DNA from: Lachnospiraceae bacterium
Lineage (GTDB): Bacteria > Bacillota > Clostridia > Lachnospirales > Lachnospiraceae
Length of the DNA stretch: 64,000 bases
Assembly: GCA_045598365.1 (NCBI GenBank)
Contig: JAZLLV010000056.1
Coordinates: 9,498-73,497 of the forward strand
Direction: 5' to 3'
The notes under the pieces are model-generated. The model ran no database searches. It saw nothing but the letters and a program-made list of their open reading frames with translations, and had not been told where the DNA came from. Positions 36,797 through 47,322 of the stretch are shown here, piece by piece (the stretch's first letter is position 1; each line of letters starts with the position of its first letter). Made by a program: the position numbers and the translations under genes.

Positions 36797-37828
36797 ATGC
36801 AGACTGTCAGATTGGGAAGTACAGGAATAGTAACCGGGAAAAATGCTTTTGGAGCATTACCGGTACAGAGAGTATCCGTGGATGATGCGGCTAAAATATT
36901 AAGAAGAGCCTATGAGGGCGGAATGACTTTTTTTGATACTGCAAGATATTATTCGGACAGTGAGAAAAAGTTAGGTATTGCATTTGAAGGTATGCGTGAA
37001 AAGATTTTTATTGCCACAAAGACAGGTGCAACAACCGTTGAAGCTTTCTGGAAAGATCTTGCCACATCTTTGGAACTTCTTAAAACAAGCTATATAGATA
37101 TTTATCAGTTCCATAATCCTTCTTTTTGCCCTAAGCCCGGTGACGGAACCGGTTTATATGAAGCAATGCTTGAAGCAAAAGCTCAGGGAAAAATAAGACA
37201 TATCGGTATTACCAATCACAGACTTTCCGTAGCAAAGGAAGCAATCGAGTCAGGTCTGTATGAAACCCTTCAGTTTCCTTTCTGCTATCTTGCAACAGAT
37301 AAGGACATTGAACTTGTTAATATGTGTAAAGAAGCGGATATGGGCTTTATTGCCATGAAAGCTTTATCCGGCGGACTTATTAACAATGCCAAGGCTGCGT
37401 ATGCCTTTGAAGCAGAGTACGAAAATGTGCTTCCTATCTGGGGAATTCAGAAAATGACAGAACTTGAAGAATTCCTTGAAATGCAGGAAAATCCTCCTAA
37501 GATGACAGGAGAAATAAAGGCGCTTATAGAGCATGACAGACAGGAACTTAGTGGTGATTTCTGCCGTGGCTGTGGATACTGTATGCCCTGCCCCATGGGA
37601 ATAGAAATCAATAACATGGCAAGAATGTCACTCATGTTAAGACGTGCTCCCAGTGAAGCTCAGCTTACCCCTGAGATGCAGGAAAAGATGATGAAAATAG
37701 AAAACTGTATCCATTGTAATCAGTGTTCTTCAAAATGTCCTTATGGTCTTGATACGCCAAATCTTCTTCAGAAGAATCTGGCTGACTACAAGGATGTGCT
37801 TTCAGGAAGGGTCAGCGTTAGGAGTTAA
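36797..37828 (+). CDS. Aldo/keto reductase with C-terminal 4Fe-4S dicluster
   Basis: FDTARYY, ATKT, DIYQFHN, IGITNH, CRGCGYCMPCP and CIHCNQCSSKCP. Confidence 0.88.
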   Translation: MQTVRLGSTGIVTGKNAFGALPVQRVSVDDAAKILRRAYEGGMTFFDTARYYSDSEKKLGIAFEGMREKIFIATKTGATTVEAFWKDLATSLELLKTSYIDIYQFHNPSFCPKPGDGTGLYEAMLEAKAQGKIRHIGITNHRLSVAKEAIESGLYETLQFPFCYLATDKDIELVNMCKEADMGFIAMKALSGGLINNAKAAYAFEAEYENVLPIWGIQKMTELEEFLEMQENPPKMTGEIKALIEHDRQELSGDFCRGCGYCMPCPMGIEINNMARMSLMLRRAPSEAQLTPEMQEKMMKIENCIHCNQCSSKCPYGLDTPNLLQKNLADYKDVLSGRVSVRS

Positions 37829-37918
37829 ATAATTATAAATCTATTGTTTCGTTAATGGAATGATGGTATAGTATAAACAGATGTGATGGCTAATGCATCA
37901 TCATTTGGAGGCTGTTTA

Positions 37919-38182
37919 ATGGTAAGTCAGAAAGTTATTATTAAGAACCCTACAGGGCTACACCTAAGACCCGCAGGCATCCTATGTAAGGAAGCAATGC
38001 AGTTCAAATCACTAATTACATTTAATTATGGGGACAATACGGCAAATGCCAAGAGCGTTTTGAGCGTTCTGGGTGCATGCGTTAAGTGCGGTGACGAAAT
38101 CGTGTTCGTGTGTGACGGTGATGACGAAGAAGAAGCTTTGGAAAAGCTCGTCGAAGTTGTTGAAAGTGGTCTTGGAGAATAA
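37919..38182 (+). CDS. ptsH: Phosphocarrier protein HPr
   Basis: GLHLRPA (His15) and NAKSVLSVL (Ser46); GGAGG SD. Confidence 0.88.
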   Translation: MVSQKVIIKNPTGLHLRPAGILCKEAMQFKSLITFNYGDNTANAKSVLSVLGACVKCGDEIVFVCDGDDEEEALEKLVEVVESGLGE

Positions 38183-38199
38183 AAATTTTGTTTATTTAG

Positions 38200-38230
38200 T
38201 ACCCCATTCCGATTGGAATGGGGTATATTT
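38200..38230 (+). terminator. Intrinsic terminator after ptsH
   Basis: 11-bp stem TACCCCATTCC-GATT-GGAATGGGGTA, then TATTT. Confidence 0.7.
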
Positions 38231-38277
38231 ATATTATCCGACTTTATTAGAGTAAAGCGGTACAAGGAGGAAAAGAA

Positions 38278-39948
38278 ATGCTTAACTACAAACGTTATCG
38301 AAGAAACCCTGTCTTTAAATATTCAAAAAGACAGTGGGTGGACAAGGAGATCATGCAGGCGCCCATATGGTGCAGTGTTGATCTACGCGACGGTAACCAG
38401 GCACTAATTGACCCTATGGTAGTTAGCGAGAAAATAGAGTTATTTGAGTACATGGTAAAGATGGGCTTTAAGGAAATCGAAGTCGGATTTCCCGCTGCCA
38501 GCCAGATTGAGTATGATTTTTTAAGAGAACTCATCGACAGGAAACTGGTTCCCGATGATGTGAAACTTCAGGTGCTTACACAGTGCAGAGAAGAACTTAT
38601 TGACAGAACATTTGAAGCAATAAAGGGCTGTAAGTCAGCCATTGTTCATATTTACAATTCCACTTCAGTGCTCCAGAGAGATGTGGTTTTCAATATGAGT
38701 AAGGAAGAAATAAAGCAGATTGCAATTAACGGCACAAGAATGGTTAAGGAAAGAGCAAAGAACTTTGATGGAGAAATCATTCTTGAGTATTCTCCTGAGT
38801 CATTTACGGGAACTGAGCCTGAATATGCTCTTGAAGTATGTGAAGCGGTTCTTAAGGAATGGGGCGCCACAAAGGACAAAAAGGTTATAATTAACCTTCC
38901 CTCCACAGTTGAAATGACCACTCCAAATGTTTACGCAGATATTATCGAATGGTGTAACTGCAATTTTTCGAATCGTGAAGCGGTTATCTTAAGTGTACAC
39001 CCCCACAATGACCGTGGTACCGGTGTGGCAGCAACCGAACTTGCATTACTTGCCGGAGCAGATCGTGTTGAGGGAACATTATTCGGCAACGGTGAGAGAA
39101 CAGGTAACGTTGATATACTTAATGTTGCTTACAATATGTTCTCACAGGGAATAGACCCCAAGCTTGAAATTTCTCATGTTAACGAGATAATTGAAATCTA
39201 CGAACGTCTTGTTAAGATGCCGGTTCATCCCCGTCATCCTTACGCAGGAAAACTGGTATTTACCGCATTTTCAGGTTCTCATCAGGACGCAATCAATAAG
39301 GGTGTTAAGGCCATGAAGGAGCGTGGAGGAGAATACTGGGAGGTGCCTTACCTTCCCATCGATCCTGCGGATATTGGAAGAGAATATGAACCCATTGTTC
39401 GAATCAATTCCCAGTCCGGTAAGGGCGGAGTTGCATTCATCATGGATTCCTACTTTGGATTTAAGCTTCCCAAGGGAATGCATAAGGAATTTGCGAATGT
39501 TATTCAGGCCATTTCCGAGAAACAGGGCGAGGTATCACCTGAACAGATTATGGATGCCTTCGAGGAAACTTACCTTGCATCCAGAACTCCTTATCACTTT
39601 GAAAAACTTAAAGTGGAGGATAATACCGGAGAAAGACGTGCTGAATTTGATACTACCGTAAATCTCGAGTTTACAGATCACGGGGAAGCAAAGACCTTCG
39701 AGGCAGTTGGTAACGGACCTATTGATGCGGTTAAGAGAGGCATAATCCAGAACCTTGGTATTGATATTAAAATTCTTGACTACGAAGAGCATGCTCTTCA
39801 GGCCGGTTCAAATTCAAAGGCAGCGGCGTATATTCACCTGCTTGATTCAAATACAGGCCGCGTAACCTATGGTGTAGGTGTAAGTTCAAGTATTACCAGA
39901 GCTTCGGTATATGCTATCTTCTCAGCAATGAACAGACTTTTTGATTAA
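38278..39948 (+). CDS. leuA: 2-isopropylmalate synthase (LEU4/actinobacterial-type LeuA)
   Basis: PIWCSVDLRDGNQAL, EVGFPAAS, EYSPESF, HPHNDRG, GNGERTGN, AFSGSHQDAI, GNGPIDA. Confidence 0.95.
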   Translation: MLNYKRYRRNPVFKYSKRQWVDKEIMQAPIWCSVDLRDGNQALIDPMVVSEKIELFEYMVKMGFKEIEVGFPAASQIEYDFLRELIDRKLVPDDVKLQVLTQCREELIDRTFEAIKGCKSAIVHIYNSTSVLQRDVVFNMSKEEIKQIAINGTRMVKERAKNFDGEIILEYSPESFTGTEPEYALEVCEAVLKEWGATKDKKVIINLPSTVEMTTPNVYADIIEWCNCNFSNREAVILSVHPHNDRGTGVAATELALLAGADRVEGTLFGNGERTGNVDILNVAYNMFSQGIDPKLEISHVNEIIEIYERLVKMPVHPRHPYAGKLVFTAFSGSHQDAINKGVKAMKERGGEYWEVPYLPIDPADIGREYEPIVRINSQSGKGGVAFIMDSYFGFKLPKGMHKEFANVIQAISEKQGEVSPEQIMDAFEETYLASRTPYHFEKLKVEDNTGERRAEFDTTVNLEFTDHGEAKTFEAVGNGPIDAVKRGIIQNLGIDIKILDYEEHALQAGSNSKAAAYIHLLDSNTGRVTYGVGVSSSITRASVYAIFSAMNRLFD

Positions 39949-39956
39949 TTAATCAG

Positions 39957-39987
39957 GGGCGTATGAAAATCTGTTTTTCATACGCCC
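39957..39987. terminator. Probable bidirectional terminator between convergent leuA and dfx
   Basis: 13-bp stem GGGCGTATGAAAA / TTTTCATACGCCC. Confidence 0.75.
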
Positions 39988-40028
39988 TATTTATAATGCA
40001 GCAGCTAAATCCCCATTTACTGTTTTGG

Positions 40029-40499
40029 CTATTTTTCAGGTAAGGTTATATACTTGTTCTTTGTGATTTTATCCATGAGGTCCGGTGTGTCATTAATGAC
40101 GGGAGCAGCTTCATACAGTCCATGTATATTGCAGTAAGCAAGAACTTTTTGCACGCTTTCGTGCTTGCATATTTTGAAGCAGGCCTCTGAATCATTTTCA
40201 GGGGTCAGATATTTGGTATACATACCTTGGTTTGTAATTATCAGGATCCATTGGATAAGGTGGGAATCAATCATTGGGTGGGGCTCTTCTCCGACTGACA
40301 CATGTACCTTACAGCCCTCCATATACCACACGGGCACATGACGAAGCGGGTTTCCTTCGCCTTCACCGGGTTTTAACTCAATCATATCACGACCACAGCA
40401 TTGGGGATCTATACCGCTGTCATTCAGCTTAACAATAATATTGCCGCATACGGAACAACGGTAGATTTTGTAACTTGGAATTTTACTCTTGGAAAACAT
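40029..40499 (-). CDS. dfx: Desulfoferrodoxin (superoxide reductase)
   Basis: Centre I CxxC...CCG; centre II HVP, HPM..SHLIQWI, YCNIHGL; AAGGAGG SD. The only clear minus-strand gene in the window. Confidence 0.88.
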   Translation of the reverse strand: MFSKSKIPSYKIYRCSVCGNIIVKLNDSGIDPQCCGRDMIELKPGEGEGNPLRHVPVWYMEGCKVHVSVGEEPHPMIDSHLIQWILIITNQGMYTKYLTPENDSEACFKICKHESVQKVLAYCNIHGLYEAAPVINDTPDLMDKITKNKYITLPEK

Positions 40500-40622
40500 T
40501 TTTAACCTCCTTGCAAATGTATGTTTTATGATTATGTTTTATACCCCTTTGAAGCTGCCTGAAAGGCTTTGCAAAGCTATCTTTTTTGTGTATCCTTCCA
40601 AAAGATGGTGGCGCAATATACT

Positions 40623-40653
40623 GATGAAAAAAGTGTTTTTTTGTGCTACAATA
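40623..40653 (+). promoter_or_regulatory. Candidate promoter of gmd-fcl
   Basis: ATGAAA-N17-TACAAT with extended -10 TG. Confidence 0.5.
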
Positions 40654-40701
40654 TTTTGAGTGAATCAAAAATAGAAAGATACAGATATAGGAGATATATA
40701 A

Positions 40702-41739
40702 ATGAAAAAAGCAGTTATTACAGGTATTACCGGTCAGGACGGATCCTATCTTGCAGAGTTTCTTCTTGAGAAAGGATATGAAGTTCACGGATTAATGCGT
40801 CGTCATTCCACTGCAAATACAGAAAGAATCGATCATTTATTAAATGACAGCAACATAAACGGAAAGAAGCTTTTCATGCATTATGCGGATACAACGGATT
40901 CATCCTGCCTTATTTCACTTATGAATAAGATTAAGCCGGATGAGGTATATAATCTTGCTGCCCAGTCACATGTGGGTATTTCTTTCGAAATTCCCGAATA
41001 TACTGCAGAGGCAACGGGTGTTTCCACAATAAAGCTTTTGGAGGCCGTAAGAATGGCCAATAAGCAGTGCCGTTTTTATCAGGCTTCAACCTCTGAACTT
41101 TTCGGCGGAATTCCCGAAACAGCACCTCAGAGTGAAAAGACTCCCTTTTACCCCAAGAGCCCCTATGGCGCGGCAAAGCTTTATTCCTACTGGATTACCG
41201 TAAATTACAGAGAGTCATATAATATGTATGCATGTAACGGTATCCTTTTTAACCACGAATCTCCCAGACGTGGTGAGAATTTTGTAACAAGGAAAATAAC
41301 CCTTGCAATTGCAAATATACTTGCAGGTAAGCAGGAAAAACTTTCATTAGGTAATATGGACGCCAAGCGTGACTGGGGTTACGCCGGCGATTATGTAAAG
41401 GCTATGTGGCTTCTTCTTCAGCAGGATAAACCCGACGACTTTGTTATCGCCACAAATGAAACCCACACTGTCCGTGAGTTTGTTCAGATTGCTTTTGAAA
41501 AAGCCGGTGTGGAATTAAGATTTGAGGGTACAGGTGTTGACGAGAAGGCGTACGATGCAAAAACAGGTAAACTTCTCGTAGATGTAAATCCTGAATTTTT
41601 CAGACCCTCAGAGGTCGAATTCCTTTGGGGCGACTGTACAAAGGCAGAAACAATCCTTGGCTGGAAGCGTGATGTCAGCTTCGAACAGCTTGTGGAAATG
41701 ATGGTTAAATCGGACATTGCTCTTGTAAATGGCAAATAG
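40702..41739 (+). CDS. gmd: GDP-mannose 4,6-dehydratase
   Basis: [53 protein letters not shown]. Confidence 0.97.
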   Translation: MKKAVITGITGQDGSYLAEFLLEKGYEVHGLMRRHSTANTERIDHLLNDSNINGKKLFMHYADTTDSSCLISLMNKIKPDEVYNLAAQSHVGISFEIPEYTAEATGVSTIKLLEAVRMANKQCRFYQASTSELFGGIPETAPQSEKTPFYPKSPYGAAKLYSYWITVNYRESYNMYACNGILFNHESPRRGENFVTRKITLAIANILAGKQEKLSLGNMDAKRDWGYAGDYVKAMWLLLQQDKPDDFVIATNETHTVREFVQIAFEKAGVELRFEGTGVDEKAYDAKTGKLLVDVNPEFFRPSEVEFLWGDCTKAETILGWKRDVSFEQLVEMMVKSDIALVNGK

Positions 41740-41774
41740 GGTTGCCCGTATTTTACAGGCAAGCGGAGGATGAT

Positions 41775-42716
41775 ATGAATAAGACGGATAAGATTTTTGT
41801 TGCCGGTCACAAAGGCCTTGTGGGAAGCGCAATAGTAAGAAACCTTGAATCAAAGGGATACAACAACATAGTAACAAGAACTCATAAAGAGCTGGATCTT
41901 AAAGATCAGGCAGGCGTATATAAATTTTTTGAGGAAGAAAAGCCCGATGTGGTAGTTCTGGCAGCAGCTAAGGTTGGCGGAATAAATGCAAATAATACTG
42001 CTCCCGCTGAGTTTGCCTATGAGAATATGCAGATTCAGTGCAATGTGATTAATGCGGCGCATGTTAATGGAGTGAAGAAGCTTTTGTTCCTTGGCTCAAC
42101 CTGCATTTACCCTAAAATGGCTCCCCAGCCGATTCCTGAGGATGCTCTTCTTACGGGCCCCTTAGAGGTAACAAATGAAGCCTATGCAATTGCCAAGATA
42201 TCAGGACTTGAGATGTGCAAATTCTATAAGAGACAGTATGGCGATGACTTCATAAGTTGTATGCCTACAAACCTTTACGGACCTCATGACAATTATGATT
42301 TGTCCGGCTCCCATGTTATGCCCGCAATGATCAGAAAATTCCATGAAGCGAAGGTTAATAACAAGGAAAGCGTTGAACTTTGGGGTACAGGTTCTCCCTT
42401 GAGAGAATTTTTATATGTTGATGATATGGCTGATGCCTGTGTATTTCTGCTTGAAAATTACAGCGGTGAGCAGCATGTAAACATTGGTACCGGCAAGGAA
42501 GTAACAATAAAGCAGCTGGCAGAAACCGTAAAAGCCACTGTAGGATTTGAAGGAGAGATTGTGTGGAACACCGCCATGCCTGACGGAACTCCCAGAAAAC
42601 TTACTGATGTTACAAAGCTTCATAATCTCGGATGGCACCATAAGGTTGACCTTGAAGAGGGTGTTAAGCTTGCCTATGAATGGTTTAAGGAAAACGTGGA
42701 TAACGCAAGAATGTAA
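41775..42716 (+). CDS. fcl: GDP-L-fucose synthase
   Basis: [55 protein letters not shown]. Confidence 0.96.
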   Translation: MNKTDKIFVAGHKGLVGSAIVRNLESKGYNNIVTRTHKELDLKDQAGVYKFFEEEKPDVVVLAAAKVGGINANNTAPAEFAYENMQIQCNVINAAHVNGVKKLLFLGSTCIYPKMAPQPIPEDALLTGPLEVTNEAYAIAKISGLEMCKFYKRQYGDDFISCMPTNLYGPHDNYDLSGSHVMPAMIRKFHEAKVNNKESVELWGTGSPLREFLYVDDMADACVFLLENYSGEQHVNIGTGKEVTIKQLAETVKATVGFEGEIVWNTAMPDGTPRKLTDVTKLHNLGWHHKVDLEEGVKLAYEWFKENVDNARM

Positions 42717-42720
42717 GCAA

Positions 42721-42750
42721 AAAAGAGCCGATTTTTCGGCTCTTTTATTA
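42721..42750 (+). terminator. Intrinsic terminator after fcl
   Basis: AAAAGAGCCGA-TTTT-TCGGCTCTTTT-ATT. Confidence 0.8.
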
Positions 42751-42781
42751 TTATATGCGGCTTTTCTTCATAGAATCATAA

Positions 42782-42812
42782 GATGAAAAAGACAGGGCTT
42801 TATGCTACAATA
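42782..42812 (+). promoter_or_regulatory. Candidate promoter of the glycosyltransferase gene block
   Basis: ATGAAA-N17-TACAAT with extended -10 TG; 22/31 identical to the gmd promoter region. Confidence 0.5.
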
Positions 42813-42831
42813 AACCCGAAAAGGCAGGATT

Positions 42832-44298
42832 ATGATTATATTACTTTTATTAGTGGTGCTTGTGGCGCCCATACTTACAGGTTCATTAGTGAGTGCTGTT
42901 TTCAGAGAAAAAAACTCAACCTACACATTTAAGTTTGGTACCGGGTTTATTTCTCTTCTTGGTGTTCTTTTTGCAGTGCAATTAATTAGCCTTAAGTTTG
43001 ATAAAGGTTTCGAATGGCTTTTGACAGCATTTTGGGTTCTTTGCGGCTTATTGAGCCTTGCCGGCATTCCGTTCATTAAGAAGCCCTGTAAATTGTCGGT
43101 GAGAAAAGATATGCTTCCGGTGCTGGTATTAACAGTAATAACTGCACTTTATGCATTCGTATACCTTGCCCCGTCCTTTGCAAACGATGATTCATTTGAA
43201 ATTGTAGCTAACAGCATTGCCACAAAGACCATATATGAATACTCTTCAATGACCGGCCAGAAGATGATTGCAGGCTTGCCTATTTTCAATAAAATTCAGG
43301 TAATGCCGATACTTTTAGCAGTACTGTGTAGCGGATTCGGAGTATCAATGTGGACAGTCGGCGCGTTTTTAATTCCGGTTACAGTATTCGTTACAGGAGT
43401 TCTTCTGGTAAATGATATTGCAGATGAACTTAATATACAGAGGAGGCCTTTTTTTCTTATCTCATACCTTTTGATTCTTTTTACGGGTACCTATCTTCCG
43501 AAGAATGGTATTCCGGTCACTACCGGTTATGCGGTTCTGAGAGAAGGCTACTCAGGCTATGCTGTAGCATATGGCATTCTGCTTCCGCTTATTGTTCTGC
43601 TGCTTCTTAAGAAAAATTATTTATATGCTTTGGTCATGTCTGCACCGGTGGTCTGTCTTGTGCGGATTGACAGAATCTTTTATGCAATTATGGGGCTTGG
43701 TGAAAACTATGCTTCAATGAACAGGAGTGGCAAACATTTAGGCCTATACCTCTTTTCTGCTTGCGCCATGATTATTCTCTGTGCTGCAAAAAGAAAAAAG
43801 ATAAACTGGTGGCTACTGCTTTCTCCGGCGATTTTTGTGGCATTTTCTTTTGAAGAACTGGCATTTTCCATTTCGGAAAGCGGTAAACGTATGCTGTTTT
43901 GCCTCGGTGGTTCTCTGATTATTTTAAGTTCCTGTTATTTCACCCCTTTCGATGGCGCAGAGACTTCTTCAGAAGTGAAAAGATTTGAAAACTACGTAAA
44001 AGGTGAAATAGCAAGGATTGACGATTTTGATTACAGCATTTATGGGTCTGCTGAGTTCATGGCGGCGGCAAGACGGATTGACGGGCGGGTTAAAACGCTG
44101 TACGGAAGAGACGATGTAAGCGAAGCGCTTCAGGGGCTCGACTATGAAGAAGTTTCGGAATATGCAAGAGATTATTATCATTATATGCTTAACTATAACC
44201 TTTCTGTTGAAGGTTATGCACTTGAGCATAGTGAAGAGGAAATATTAATGCAGGCAGAGCGTGAGGGCATGAGGTACTTTTTTCCGCCTGCTGAGTAG
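42832..44298 (+). CDS. Hypothetical multi-pass membrane protein (possibly GT-C-like) in the glycan locus
   Basis: 488-aa ORF with about 11 hydrophobic segments and a soluble C-terminal tail. Confidence 0.6.
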   Translation: MIILLLLVVLVAPILTGSLVSAVFREKNSTYTFKFGTGFISLLGVLFAVQLISLKFDKGFEWLLTAFWVLCGLLSLAGIPFIKKPCKLSVRKDMLPVLVLTVITALYAFVYLAPSFANDDSFEIVANSIATKTIYEYSSMTGQKMIAGLPIFNKIQVMPILLAVLCSGFGVSMWTVGAFLIPVTVFVTGVLLVNDIADELNIQRRPFFLISYLLILFTGTYLPKNGIPVTTGYAVLREGYSGYAVAYGILLPLIVLLLLKKNYLYALVMSAPVVCLVRIDRIFYAIMGLGENYASMNRSGKHLGLYLFSACAMIILCAAKRKKINWWLLLSPAIFVAFSFEELAFSISESGKRMLFCLGGSLIILSSCYFTPFDGAETSSEVKRFENYVKGEIARIDDFDYSIYGSAEFMAAARRIDGRVKTLYGRDDVSEALQGLDYEEVSEYARDYYHYMLNYNLSVEGYALEHSEEEILMQAEREGMRYFFPPAE

Positions 44299-44317
44299 AT
44301 TTATCTTTGGAGGAAAT

Positions 44318-45055
44318 ATGATAAGCATAATAGTTCCTGTTTACAATGCAGAAAAATTTTTAAGGGAAACAATAGATTCGGTACTGGGACAGACATATGG
44401 GGACTTTGAGCTTCTTTTGGTAGATGATTGTTCAAAGGACGGCTCAGTAAAGCTTGTTGAAGAATATACAGATTCAAGAGTGCGTCTCATTAAACAGGAA
44501 GAAAATCATGGCGCATATGCAGCCAGAAACAGAGGACTTGAGGAAGCAAAGGGCAGATTTATAGCATTTCTTGATTCCGATGATCTGTGGGAGAAGGATA
44601 AACTTTCAAAAGAAATGTCCTTTATGCAGGAAAAGGATGCCGGATTTGTTTTTACCGGTTACGAGTTTGCTGACTGTAACGGTGTGGGCACGGGAGTGAT
44701 AGTAAAAGTGCCCGAAACAATTAACTTTAAGCAGGCTCTTAACAACACAACGATTTTTACATCCACAGTCCTAATTGACCGGGAAAAGATACAGGATGAT
44801 CTTATAAGGATGCCTAATATTACCAGCGAGGATACTGCAACCTGGTGGAGAATACTCAAGGCAGGAAATATTGCCTTTGGTCTCAATGAAAACCTTGTAA
44901 AATACAGAAGAAGTGCCGGCTCACTTTCTTCAAACAAGTTTGAGGCAATAAAAAGAATTTTCAGATTGTACAGAGAAATTGCGGGCCTTTCGGTGCCGTC
45001 GTCCTGTATGCACTTCTGCTTTTGGGCTGTTACAGCTGTACTAAGAAGAATCTGA
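44318..45055 (+). CDS. Glycosyltransferase family 2
   Basis: SIIVPVYN, VDDCSKD, ARNRG, FLDSDD, SEDTATW. Confidence 0.9.
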   Translation: MISIIVPVYNAEKFLRETIDSVLGQTYGDFELLLVDDCSKDGSVKLVEEYTDSRVRLIKQEENHGAYAARNRGLEEAKGRFIAFLDSDDLWEKDKLSKEMSFMQEKDAGFVFTGYEFADCNGVGTGVIVKVPETINFKQALNNTTIFTSTVLIDREKIQDDLIRMPNITSEDTATWWRILKAGNIAFGLNENLVKYRRSAGSLSSNKFEAIKRIFRLYREIAGLSVPSSCMHFCFWAVTAVLRRI

Positions 45056-45142
45056 ATTGATGGCATTGGGGATTTTTGTTAGTAATTATGACGTTTTAGT
45101 GGTATAATAAAATGTCAAGCGTTTGAATGGAAAGGCGATTAT

Positions 45143-46528
45143 ATGCGTCACGTTGAATCAATAAAAAGAGCTATGCAGATTTTACTCTGTGCAATCGGAC
45201 TTGTTTTTCAGACCCTTTTGTTCAGATATTTCTATTACATGTATTATGCAACGGCTATAAAACTTCCCTTTTGGAGAAGAGGTCACATACTTATTATTTT
45301 GATCTATGTTTTTCTTTTGTACCTTTTCATATCCATGTACGGAGGAACGAAGTTAGGACAGCTTAAAAACATTGAACTGACAATATCCCAGATAGTGAGC
45401 ATTGTTATAGTCAATACCATTGAGTATCTGGAGATTTCACTGCTTTGTCTTGGCCTTATGTATCCCTGGAACTATTTAAGGATGACTTTAGAGCAGTTAA
45501 TAGTGGCAATAGTCTGGGTTCTTTTTTCGAACTGGCTTTGCAGGGTTATTTTTCCGCCAAGAAAGCTTTTGCTGGTGCATGGAGACCGAGCCATAGATGA
45601 TATTGTGGCGAAGCTTGACAGCAGAAAAGATAAATTTGAAATAAGCAAAACAATGAATATCCATGAGGGCTTTGACAAGGTATCAAATGAAGCTCTTCAG
45701 AGATATGATGCAGTGGTTATTTGGGATATTCCCGCAGCTGACAGAAACAATCTCTTAAAGTTCTGCTATGGAAATGATATTCGAGTTTATATCATGCCTA
45801 AAATCAGCGATGTGATTTTATCAGGAGCCGAGCAGTTACACATTTTTGATACTCCGATTCTTTTGACCCGTGAATATTCACTTAAGCTTGAGCAGCGTGT
45901 AATAAAACGATTGATAGACATTATCTGCGCTTTGATTCTTATAATACTTACTTCTCCTTTTATGCTTCTTACGGCTATTGCGGTTAAACTTTGCGACAGA
46001 GGACCCATTCTTTACAAGCAGACAAGATGCACAATCGGCGCAAAGGAATTTAAGATACTTAAATTCAGAAGTATGCGAATCGATGCCGAAAAGGACGGTG
46101 TTGCAAGACTTGCAAAGGCCAACGATGACAGAATTACGCCCGTTGGTAAGTTCATAAGAAAGGTTAGACTGGATGAACTTCCGCAGTTGTTTAATATACT
46201 TAAGGGAGATATGTCCTTCATAGGCCCGAGACCTGAGAGACCTGAAATAATAAAGCAGTATATGGAAGCAATGCCTGAATTTGCTTTCAGGACTAAGGTT
46301 AAAGCCGGACTCGCCGGCTATGCGCAGGTGTACGGAAAGTATAATACAACTCCTTATGATAAACTTAAGCTGGATCTTTGCTACATAGAGCAGTACAGTG
46401 TGTGGCTTGACATTAAACTTATGTTTTTAACCATAAAGGTTCTGTTTACACCGGATGCCACCGAAGGAGTGCTTGAAAACCAGATTACGGCAATGAAGGA
46501 TGATGCTGTGGAAGAACACCGCAACTAG
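45143..46528 (+). CDS. Priming polyprenyl glycosylphosphotransferase (CpsE/WcaJ family)
   Basis: N-terminal TM region; KFRSM, RITPVGKFIRKVRLDELPQL, GDMSFIGPRPE, GYAQV. TGnTATAAT upstream at 45100-45108. Confidence 0.92.
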   Translation: MRHVESIKRAMQILLCAIGLVFQTLLFRYFYYMYYATAIKLPFWRRGHILIILIYVFLLYLFISMYGGTKLGQLKNIELTISQIVSIVIVNTIEYLEISLLCLGLMYPWNYLRMTLEQLIVAIVWVLFSNWLCRVIFPPRKLLLVHGDRAIDDIVAKLDSRKDKFEISKTMNIHEGFDKVSNEALQRYDAVVIWDIPAADRNNLLKFCYGNDIRVYIMPKISDVILSGAEQLHIFDTPILLTREYSLKLEQRVIKRLIDIICALILIILTSPFMLLTAIAVKLCDRGPILYKQTRCTIGAKEFKILKFRSMRIDAEKDGVARLAKANDDRITPVGKFIRKVRLDELPQLFNILKGDMSFIGPRPERPEIIKQYMEAMPEFAFRTKVKAGLAGYAQVYGKYNTTPYDKLKLDLCYIEQYSVWLDIKLMFLTIKVLFTPDATEGVLENQITAMKDDAVEEHRN

Positions 46529-46536
46529 GACAAAGC

Positions 46537-47322
46537 ATGAAGTTTTCAATAATAACCGTAAGCCTTAACTCAGGAAATAAACTGCTTGAGACCGTTCAGA
46601 ACATTCTTAAGCAGACATATGATGATTTTGAAATTGTTATTAAAGACGGTGTGTCCACAGATGATTCAATTTCAAGGGTTAAGGACTTAAATTCCGAAAA
46701 GATTAGAATAGTATCAGAGAAAGACAAGGGAATATATGACGCCATGAATGAAGCGGTGAAATGTGCCACCGGTGATTTCATTCTTTTTCTTAATGCAGGC
46801 GATATGTTTTATTCCGGCGATGTGCTTGAACACATCGCAAAGATGGATGTGAAGCCGGTTGGAACCATCGTATATGGCGACACCTATTTTGCAACTTCCG
46901 ATTCCCTTTCAAAAGCTCCGCCTGTTATAACCGGCTCGGTGTGCTATAGAAATATTCCCTGTCATCAGGCTATTTTCTATTCAAGGGATGTGCTTATGGA
47001 AAGAGGTTTTGATACATCCTACAAAATACGTGCTGATTTCGAACATTTCGCCTATTCCTTTTTTGAAGCCAAGCGCGACTTTGTGTATGCCGGTATTCCG
47101 ATTTGCATATATGAGGGTAATGGTTTTTCTGAGTCAAAAGAAAACCGTAAGAAGGATAAGGCAGAATATACAAGAGCGGTAAGAACCAATATTCCGTTTG
47201 CAAATAGAGTGGTTTACCGTGCAACATTGATACTTACACTTCATAAGCTTCGTGGCTTTCTTGCAAGAAACAAGAAAACCGCTAAACTATATCAAAGTAT
47301 AAAAGGCAGGCTATACGGATGA
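46537..47322 (+). CDS. Glycosyltransferase family 2 (WcaE-like)
   Basis: FSIITVSLN, GIYDAMN, FLNAGD, PCHQA, ADFE. Confidence 0.85.
   Translation: MKFSIITVSLNSGNKLLETVQNILKQTYDDFEIVIKDGVSTDDSISRVKDLNSEKIRIVSEKDKGIYDAMNEAVKCATGDFILFLNAGDMFYSGDVLEHIAKMDVKPVGTIVYGDTYFATSDSLSKAPPVITGSVCYRNIPCHQAIFYSRDVLMERGFDTSYKIRADFEHFAYSFFEAKRDFVYAGIPICIYEGNGFSESKENRKKDKAEYTRAVRTNIPFANRVVYRATLILTLHKLRGFLARNKKTAKLYQSIKGRLYG

Noticed and set aside
40500-40620. Fur/PerR-like box upstream of dfx (ATAATCATAA-like on the minus strand)
   Set aside because: Only a partial match in AT-rich DNA, with no convincing palindrome.
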